Made by a program: the position numbers and the translations under genes | Notes under the pieces: model-generated | Told to the model about the DNA's origin: nothing | The model's database searches: none | What the model saw: only the letters and a program-made list of their open reading frames with translations | Shown: positions 57,771-64,000 of the stretch, one piece after another | Numbering within the stretch: the stretch's first letter is position 1 | Layout of the letters: the number at the start of each line of letters is the position of its first letter | NCBI GenBank assembly: GCA_043732185.1 | Contig: JAYTHY010000074.1 | Coordinates: 20,851-84,850, forward strand | DNA from: Fibrobacteria bacterium | GTDB lineage: Bacteria > Fibrobacterota > Fibrobacteria > UBA11236 | DNA length: 64,000 bases | Reading direction: 5' to 3'

Positions 57771-59546
57771 TTAGGGAGCATAAGTAGGATTTCCTGTCTT
57801 CCAGCTGATTGGATAACGAACACAGGCCTTATTGATCACGCCATCCACTGGCGCCGGATAAAAATCCGGGTAGGAATATATTCCATAAGGGTCGATAAAG
57901 TACCATTTGCTGTCTATCGGGTCCCGGTGGGCAAAGAAAATATGCAAATGGGTGTTGGGTCCTGTTCCGCCGCTCATGCAACCGCATCCACCAGGGCCGG
58001 TGCTTCCGCTATAAGCAATTGTCTGACCAGCAACCACGCTCGTTCCTAGAAGTGCCATGTCTATTTTTTTCGCGCTAACTCCCCACCAATCGGATTTCGG
58101 GTTACGGAAGGCGGCACTTTGCGAGCAGCCGGTATTGTTCAAATAGGTTGAATACGTGGCCTTATCCGTAGCGTTGAAATTCGGAATGGTTTTATTCCAA
58201 GCATTGTCGCAATCATTATAGGGATCGTTTTGCAGGTGCATGTAAATAGTGCGATAGACGTCTTTCTTGAGGCCTACATCATGGCTGATAACCATGGTAT
58301 TTCCCGACCACCAATCCCAACCAATATGGATGACTTTGCCTGGCGCAGCAGCCACAATTTCAAAAGTCTTTTTGTCGTTCCGTTGATAATCAATGGCATG
58401 ATGCCAGGATCCCGGACTATACAGCCACGCATTATGCCAAAGGTCCGTAGCAGGAATTTTAAAGGGTAAGGTGAAAATCGGATCTTTCGCGTCATAGAGA
58501 ACCGAGTTTCGAGAATATACTTCGGACCCGATTTTTAAATTCGGCCAGCTATAGATAACTGCATCACCGGGATTTGCAGCAGGACACGTGGAAGGATTGC
58601 CTTCGCAATGGATGGGGCCAGCGGTAATTCCATAATCATACCCATCACGCCCATTTGTGGCCGGATTATCTGGCATCAGAACATGGTTTAGGCAATTGGG
58701 GTCACAGCCACCCGCATAGGTTTCCAAATCTATTAAACGCAAGCCTGATGCAGCATTTTCAGCCCACTTTGAAGTAAAACTTTCCCAATCCACTCCACCC
58801 CAGAGGGAATAGCCATCAGCGCCTTCACGCCAAACACCGAGGTAAATTCTTTTACCGTTTTCCACAAAGGACTCCACGTCAATCAAGCGTTCATTCTGCG
58901 CGCCGAGATCTTTCCAATACGTGACGAATTGATTCCAATCCTTTCCGTATGGGGATAAAACATATCCTCCAGTTCCACCGCGGAATACACCCAGAAAACA
59001 TCGGGTGCTCCCATTCATATACGATTCAATATTTATGAGCCGCAATCCTTGACTGCTGGCCGTCCCCCAAAACGTGTTGAACGCAGACCAGTCCAGGTTA
59101 AGGGGCGTAAGCGCATATCCATCGTTACCCCCTCGGAAAACACCCATGAAATAGGTGGTTCCATTATCGACGTATGTTTCAACTTGAATGAGCCGGAGCC
59201 CTTTCTTGCTATTGTCGCTCCAAAATGTGTTGAATGCCGACCAAGTTAGATGCAGAGGCGTAAGCGCATACCCATCCGTTCCGCCTTCCCATACACCCGT
59301 CCATTTGCGCACCCCACCAACCGTATACGTTTTAATATTAATTAGGCGTAAATTTTTCCCACCTAAGTCGCTCCACTTGGTATTGAATTCCGACCAGCTC
59401 ACGCCCGCCCACAAGTAATAACCACTGTTTCCGGATCGCCAAACTCCCGTGTAAACATCCTGCGCCGAAGGGAGCGCCGCGAACAACAATATCAGCCCCG
59501 CGAAAAATGAAAATGATTTTTGACTCAATAAATGAAGACTACGCAT
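57771..59546 (-). CDS. secreted M23-family metallopeptidase with five N-terminal ~47-aa Trp/Gly-rich tandem repeats
   Basis: Signal peptide MRSLHLLSQKSFSFFAGLILLFAALPSAQD. Five repeats of the pattern G(V/I)W(R/E)(G/S)G.(D/S)GY.L...(L/V).W..F...W......GLRLI..E(T/S)Y. C-terminal M23 motifs HHAIDY (HxxxD) and ..GSTGPGGCGCMSGGTGPNTHLHIFF (HxH). Confidence 0.75.
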   Translation of the reverse strand: MRSLHLLSQKSFSFFAGLILLFAALPSAQDVYTGVWRSGNSGYYLWAGVSWSEFNTKWSDLGGKNLRLINIKTYTVGGVRKWTGVWEGGTDGYALTPLHLTWSAFNTFWSDNSKKGLRLIQVETYVDNGTTYFMGVFRGGNDGYALTPLNLDWSAFNTFWGTASSQGLRLINIESYMNGSTRCFLGVFRGGTGGYVLSPYGKDWNQFVTYWKDLGAQNERLIDVESFVENGKRIYLGVWREGADGYSLWGGVDWESFTSKWAENAASGLRLIDLETYAGGCDPNCLNHVLMPDNPATNGRDGYDYGITAGPIHCEGNPSTCPAANPGDAVIYSWPNLKIGSEVYSRNSVLYDAKDPIFTLPFKIPATDLWHNAWLYSPGSWHHAIDYQRNDKKTFEIVAAAPGKVIHIGWDWWSGNTMVISHDVGLKKDVYRTIYMHLQNDPYNDCDNAWNKTIPNFNATDKATYSTYLNNTGCSQSAAFRNPKSDWWGVSAKKIDMALLGTSVVAGQTIAYSGSTGPGGCGCMSGGTGPNTHLHIFFAHRDPIDSKWYFIDPYGIYSYPDFYPAPVDGVINKACVRYPISWKTGNPTYAP

Positions 59547-59669
59547 GATTGATTACTCCTGGAAAGGTTTAATGAACTTAGTTGATAGGACACTTGTAGG
59601 ATTAGAGCGAGGCGAGGCTAAATGGGTAACACGAAAAGGGGATCCAAAATGGAATTGAACTAGGAATTT

Positions 59670-61052
59670 TTATGGAGTAAAGAAATACCCGCGTCGCGAA
59701 ATATTCGTGTGACGTTTTCCCGTCAAATCATAAATCCGATGTCCTTTGGAACCATCACTGTGCTGGTTCGGCTGGATTTGGATCGGCATTCTGTTTATTG
59801 AAGCGGATCCTTGATATTCAAAAGCACCGGCATCCGGATGCGCACCGAACAAAGCGGGCCGCCCCATATAATCCTTTGCGTAACCCAATTCCATTCCGAT
59901 ATTGATGGCGGGGCTTCCTACCAGAAGATCATAATTACCCCCGTCAAAATTCACGAACATTGGGTTCCCGGTTTTTTCCGTGGCATGCTGAGTGAAGCCC
60001 AGTCCCCCACCAGTCAGAGAAAACAGGTTGTTGGTGTGGGTGATGTTGGGATTGTCCGTTACGTACCAATTGTTCAAATGGAAAATGTTATTCCGAAGAC
60101 TAACGGACATTGGAGTGGTATTGAAGAAATAAATCGATCGCGTTGCTCCCCAGCCCGCATGAGGTTGGGTTTGGATGATGGTATTGTGATCCACTGAAAA
60201 GTTATTAAAGGCTACCGCATATTGGCCGGTGGTATTGAACAAGCCAAACCATCCATTGTTCACGGCCACGTTATATGCCACCCGGGAATTTGTAACGCCC
60301 CCGCCGGTACGCCCCCCGGACTCCATAAACCCCTCACAGCCTGTAGCAAAATTGTGGTGCACGTAGCAGTCACTCAGGACAACGCCATCCGCCCACCATT
60401 CCACTGCACCCCCATCCAGCACATAGTCGTAACTGGGTCCTTTGCAATTCACAAATGTGTTGTAGGAAATTTCCACACGCGAGGCCGCCATCCAAATTCC
60501 AACTGCCCCCGCGTCATTATCCGGGGCAGGATCGTTGGTCACCATGATGAGATCGTGGATATAGTTTTTCGTGATCAAATTATCGGTACCAGAAATCCAC
60601 ATTCCTCCACCACAAACCGTGATTTCGCAGCCGCGCACTTCATTGTGCATCGCTCCCGCATTGATCACAATCCCCAGGTTTGCCACATTCGCGACTGTCA
60701 AGCTTTCCACCACCACCCAACTTGAGTTCATGCGGATCCCTTGGCCTGTAAAGCGCGGCTTTGCGCCTGCACCAATAGAACGGAATAGAATGGGATTCCC
60801 CTGCACGCCGCTTTGTTCAATGGCTAATACTTCCGTGAAGGTGGATCCCGCCACAAAATTTACGATGTCCCCGGCGACAAAGGTATGCGCGCGAATTGGG
60901 GCTAGACTTTTCCAAGCAGTGGTCAGCGAGAGTCCGGAAAAAGAATCCGTGCCATTTCGACTGTCCACAAAAAATTGGGTGGCAAAAGCCGGGAGGGCAA
61001 AAAAGCTCAGGACCAAGGACAGCAAACGGACTCGATATATTCGCATTTCCAA
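59670..61052 (-). CDS. secreted right-handed parallel beta-helix protein (paralog of 39355..40800)
   Basis: Signal peptide MEMRIYRVRLLSLVLSFFALPAFA. N..V/I..N rungs (ISYNTFVNC, VAYNVAVNNGW, VDHNTIIQ, LRNNIFHLNNW). The same family C-terminal block SPAINIG...DAGAFEY. Extreme C-terminus RIYDLTGKRHTNISRRGYFFTP looks like a shortened T9SS-type tail. Confidence 0.7.
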   Translation of the reverse strand: MEMRIYRVRLLSLVLSFFALPAFATQFFVDSRNGTDSFSGLSLTTAWKSLAPIRAHTFVAGDIVNFVAGSTFTEVLAIEQSGVQGNPILFRSIGAGAKPRFTGQGIRMNSSWVVVESLTVANVANLGIVINAGAMHNEVRGCEITVCGGGMWISGTDNLITKNYIHDLIMVTNDPAPDNDAGAVGIWMAASRVEISYNTFVNCKGPSYDYVLDGGAVEWWADGVVLSDCYVHHNFATGCEGFMESGGRTGGGVTNSRVAYNVAVNNGWFGLFNTTGQYAVAFNNFSVDHNTIIQTQPHAGWGATRSIYFFNTTPMSVSLRNNIFHLNNWYVTDNPNITHTNNLFSLTGGGLGFTQHATEKTGNPMFVNFDGGNYDLLVGSPAINIGMELGYAKDYMGRPALFGAHPDAGAFEYQGSASINRMPIQIQPNQHSDGSKGHRIYDLTGKRHTNISRRGYFFTP

Positions 61053-61098
61053 AATGTAAGGCCTTTCCTCTTTTTAAGTTGAGTATCTTTCCTCAATC

Positions 61099-61983
61099 TT
61101 GAAGCAAATTCCACCTTCCAAGTCATTGTCTCACTCCGGCACGCTTTACGCCTTGGTGGCCTATACACTATGGGGCTTGCTGCCAATATACTGGAAGGCC
61201 CTACATGCCATTCCCCTAAGCCAAGTTCTGGCCCACCGGGTGCTCTGGTCCTTAGTCACTATAGTCCTTTTACTGGGAGCCACGGGTCGGTTCAGAGATT
61301 TTCGTTCAGCTCTAGCCAACCGCCGCCAACGCTACCTTTTAGGCTTGAGCTCCTTACTCATCGGCGCCAATTGGTCCATTTACATTCTTGCCGTTTACCG
61401 GGGTGAATTGGTGCAAGCCAGTTTAGGCTACTATATCAATCCCCTCCTGAGCATCGGGCTTGGTGTACTCGCCCTGGGAGAACGATTAAATCGAGTCCAA
61501 ATCACGGCCGTAGTATTGGCCGGTTTGGGAGTTTTGGTATTGGGCTGGCAACACCAGGGGCTTCCCTGGGTGGCTTTAGGATTGGCATTCACTTTTGCAT
61601 TCTATGGCTTTGTAAAGAAAAAAATAGCCGTGGATTCTTTGGCAGGGCTTGGCGTGGAAACACTTTGGTTGGTTCCACTGGCGATTGGCTACCTGGTCTA
61701 TCTCGCATCCGGACCTGAGCCACAAGCCTTTACCGAAGGCGGAAAAACCACCTGTCTCCTTCTCGGTACAGGTATTATAACCCTTGCTCCACTTTTCTTT
61801 TTCAACGGGGCGGCAAAAAGATTGCCGTTATCCATACTGGGTTTTTTCCAGTACTTAAGTCCAAGTATTCAATTGGTAATCGCCGTTGTCTGGTTTCACG
61901 AGCCCTTCACCAGATGGCACGCTGCGGCTTTCGGTCTAATTTGGACGGGCCTACTTCTCTTTACCATGCGCCGCAAAGCGTAA
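61099..61983 (+). CDS. rarD: EamA-family transporter RarD
   Basis: ..GTLYALVAYTLWGLLPIYWK.. is the RarD N-terminal signature. 10 TM. The start codon is uncertain: the track ORF begins at TTG 61099 and there is no in-frame ATG near the N-terminus. Confidence 0.85.
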   Translation: MKQIPPSKSLSHSGTLYALVAYTLWGLLPIYWKALHAIPLSQVLAHRVLWSLVTIVLLLGATGRFRDFRSALANRRQRYLLGLSSLLIGANWSIYILAVYRGELVQASLGYYINPLLSIGLGVLALGERLNRVQITAVVLAGLGVLVLGWQHQGLPWVALGLAFTFAFYGFVKKKIAVDSLAGLGVETLWLVPLAIGYLVYLASGPEPQAFTEGGKTTCLLLGTGIITLAPLFFFNGAAKRLPLSILGFFQYLSPSIQLVIAVVWFHEPFTRWHAAAFGLIWTGLLLFTMRRKA

Positions 61984-62052
61984 GCAACCCAAAATCAAAG
62001 TTCAGCTTTTTTTTCCAACTGATGGCAGTACTATGATCCTTTGGAGGTAGGT

Positions 62053-63774
62053 ATGCAGCGTTTGGCCAAACTAGTGTGTTTTGTGATCGTGCTCCTGGTT
62101 GTCTTCCCTCCCCATCTTTTGAAAGCCCAGTCCTGGACCTACCCTGGGTGCCCGGCCCCAATCACGGATGCGGATTTCCAATATACCGTCCTCATGCAGC
62201 ATGGTAAGTCACCGGATCCTAGTCTTGCGGAGCCGGACAAAATGGATTTCGACATGGATGCGCAAGGAAATGTGGATATTTATTTTACGGAAATCCGGCC
62301 AGGAAATATCAAACGGTATTCTGCAGTCACAAAAACTGTTAAAACCTTGATCAAACTACCTAATTGGGGTGGCAGCTCAACTGATTATTTGACTGTAAAG
62401 AATTCCAACCATGTCGAAGAAGGTGTGACTGGGATTGCCTTGGATCCCAATTTTAAAATCAACCATTGGCTCTATGTGCATTGGTCCCCGTTGCCAGCCA
62501 CTGCGCCCACCTTTAGGGTATCCCGGTTCACGGTAGTGGGCGATACCATATTGATGAATAGTGAAAAGGTTTTGCTGTCCATTGACGCGCAGCGGGATGA
62601 ATGTTGCCACACGGGCGGCTCCATGGCATTTGACGATTATGGAGATCTCTGGATAGCGCAAGGAGCCAATGGTGGCCGCGGATCCAATAGCCCTACTGGC
62701 ACGCCTCCGGTGGGAATGGATGAAGTCCATAGATACGCGAGCGAAGAGTGGGGCGCAAGCAGCACCCATGGCATGCGGGGAGGCTTTTTGCGTATTCATC
62801 CAGATAATTCCGTGAAAGGCTATTCCATTCCCGCTGGAAACTTTGGGGAATACTTTGCCAAGCAAACGGGCAACCAGGACTATTTGGACACGAGTAAAGT
62901 TTTGCCTGAAATTTATATCAAAGGGACGCGGAACAATTATAGCATGGCTCTGGACCCGGTGCGCCGGTGGGTGGCTTGGGGCGACGTTGGGCCCGATGTC
63001 ATGCCTACAGCTGTTCGTGAAGAAGTGAACTTACGCAAAACTCCCGGGTTCGAAGGTTGGCCTTACTTTGTAGGCAACAACACCGTATTTTCTGGAAATA
63101 AAAATCCTTCCGCTCCAACCAATACCTCCAAATGGAATACTGGCCTAACTACTCTTCCACCCGCGCGATCCGCGACCCGACTCCCAAACATTGGCCCTAA
63201 CCCAATCTCTGGCCCCATTTACCGTTATGATGGAGACTCCAAATCAAAAGTAAAACTACCGCCCCACTTTACTCGAAAATGGTTTATCTGCGATTGGGCG
63301 ACACGGGCCTTTCAAGTTCTGACGTTGGATTCGGCTGGAAACACGGTGACGGCATCCCAACCCATTTTCACAAACTTTGATTTTTCTGGGCCAGTCGATT
63401 TTAGGGCTGGTCCGGATGGGGCCCTGTATGTTTCCGATTATGGTGGGACATTGTTTGGCGTTGCCGATAATACCCAGATTGTGAAAATATCCTATGCGGG
63501 CACGTGCAGGCCCAATGAACCTAAATTGGAAAAAATAGAGGCATCTGGAATTGGCGACCCGAATTCCGAAGCAGCGACCGACCGCCTTGGCTATCTGATC
63601 AATCTTCGCTCCGGACAATTCATTTCCGTTCCCGCAGGCATGGTCGGTTTTGAGCTTTATAATATGGCTGGAAAAAAGATTTGGGAGTCGGGTTCTTTAA
63701 AAGCAAAGGTATCCTTCCAGTTACCCACCCAGCTAGCTTATGGTGCGCTTAAATACAGGTGGAAAAGAAGTTAA
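62053..63774 (+). CDS. secreted PQQ-dependent sugar dehydrogenase (soluble glucose/sorbosone dehydrogenase family) with T9SS-like C-terminal tail
   Basis: Signal peptide MQRLAKLVCFVIVLLVVFPPHLLKAQS (ATG 62053 after GGAGGTAGG). ..GVTGIALDPNFKINHWLYVHWSP.. and ..GGSMAFDDYGDLWIAQGANGG.. match the SGDH beta-propeller. C-terminal ~60 aa GFELYNMAGKKIWESGSLKAKVSFQLPTQLAYGALKYRWKRS resembles a T9SS C-terminal domain. Confidence 0.7.
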   Translation: MQRLAKLVCFVIVLLVVFPPHLLKAQSWTYPGCPAPITDADFQYTVLMQHGKSPDPSLAEPDKMDFDMDAQGNVDIYFTEIRPGNIKRYSAVTKTVKTLIKLPNWGGSSTDYLTVKNSNHVEEGVTGIALDPNFKINHWLYVHWSPLPATAPTFRVSRFTVVGDTILMNSEKVLLSIDAQRDECCHTGGSMAFDDYGDLWIAQGANGGRGSNSPTGTPPVGMDEVHRYASEEWGASSTHGMRGGFLRIHPDNSVKGYSIPAGNFGEYFAKQTGNQDYLDTSKVLPEIYIKGTRNNYSMALDPVRRWVAWGDVGPDVMPTAVREEVNLRKTPGFEGWPYFVGNNTVFSGNKNPSAPTNTSKWNTGLTTLPPARSATRLPNIGPNPISGPIYRYDGDSKSKVKLPPHFTRKWFICDWATRAFQVLTLDSAGNTVTASQPIFTNFDFSGPVDFRAGPDGALYVSDYGGTLFGVADNTQIVKISYAGTCRPNEPKLEKIEASGIGDPNSEAATDRLGYLINLRSGQFISVPAGMVGFELYNMAGKKIWESGSLKAKVSFQLPTQLAYGALKYRWKRS

Positions 63775-64000
63775 CCATGTACCGCACTGCTGGTACCATA
63801 ATTTGGAATGATACTGTCCTCAAATTTGAGCCATTCCTTCCAGCGGTTTTCCACTCCAATGGACGATTCGAATTTTCTGGCATGTTTTAGGAAAATGGTG
63901 AAATGGTTGGCTTCGGAAACCATCAGTTCCCGATAAAATTTTACCAGTTCCGGATCTTTCAAATGTTCCGACAAGACCCGGAATCGTTCGCAGCTTCTGG
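63771..64000 (-). CDS. 3-prime end of a ferritin-like/MiaE-like (DUF455-type) gene that continues beyond the window edge
   Basis: C-terminal 67+ aa ..ELMVSEANHFTIFLKHARKF.. carries an E..H diiron-like motif. The frame is open to position 64000. Confidence 0.3.
   Translation of the reverse strand, partial: RSCERFRVLSEHLKDPELVKFYRELMVSEANHFTIFLKHARKFESSIGVENRWKEWLKFEDSIIPNYGTSSAVHG

Noticed and set aside
49962-62041. Track ORF starts at 49962, 61099 and 62041, which are TTG codons translated as M
   Set aside because: For the PEP-CTERM gene and the PQQ dehydrogenase I moved the start to a downstream ATG with an AGGAG-type ribosome-binding site (49968, 62053). For rarD no ATG is available, so the TTG start is kept but flagged.
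1-64000. Alternative genetic code (stop-codon reassignment) as the explanation for the in-frame stops
   Set aside because: TAA, TAG and TGA each terminate multiple well-conserved genes at the expected C-termini (TAG for ppk A, ppx and the histidine kinase; TAA for ppk B and the response regulator; TGA for sixA). Global reassignment is therefore not supported. Only site-specific suppression or read-through remains conceivable.
1-64000. Search for tRNA, rRNA, CRISPR arrays, IS elements and integrases
   Set aside because: No cloverleaf-like or rRNA-like segments were seen in the larger intergenic gaps (2221-3010, 8797-9059, 27598-27779, 49813-49961, 50658-50811, 51445-51631). No spaced direct-repeat arrays, transposase or integrase-like ORFs, or terminal inverted repeats were found.

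Overview
This reads as a bacterial chromosomal segment with GC near 50% by eye, densely packed with standard-code genes; I found no rRNA, tRNA, CRISPR array or obvious mobile element. The first 18 kb looks like a phosphate/polyphosphate neighbourhood: an OlsB-like N-acyltransferase, a secreted metallophosphoesterase, a ppk1-sixA-ppx-ppk1 module, a giant secreted repeat protein, a PhoB/PhoR-like two-component pair, and a PitA plus DUF47/PhoU-like pair. The remainder carries housekeeping genes (aspS, corC, lpxB, rlmN, secDF fusion, cysK, ogt, purB, rarD, yaeQ), a FapA/DUF342 gene, and many secreted or outer-membrane proteins. One gene ends in a clear PEP-CTERM sorting signal, and several others end in tails that resemble type IX secretion C-terminal domains, so the source is probably an FCB-group-like or candidate-phylum bacterium; I cannot name the taxon from sequence alone. 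Three otherwise intact, conserved genes each carry one in-frame stop codon at a conserved residue, with no frameshift: cheB (TAA), an enolase-superfamily dipeptide epimerase (TAG), and a small PEP-CTERM gene (TAA, which also shows a frameshift). TAA, TAG and TGA all terminate normal genes here, so this is either real pseudogenisation, an error, or suppression. Other things worth a second look: the ppk-sixA-ppx-ppk layout, an 1167-aa cytoplasmic protein I cannot place, a sigma-54-like promoter and palindrome upstream of the PEP-CTERM gene, and an M23 peptidase with five Trp/Gly-rich repeats. The supplied ORF track translates some TTG starts as M (49962, 61099, 62041); I moved starts to ATG with a ribosome-binding site where one was evident.
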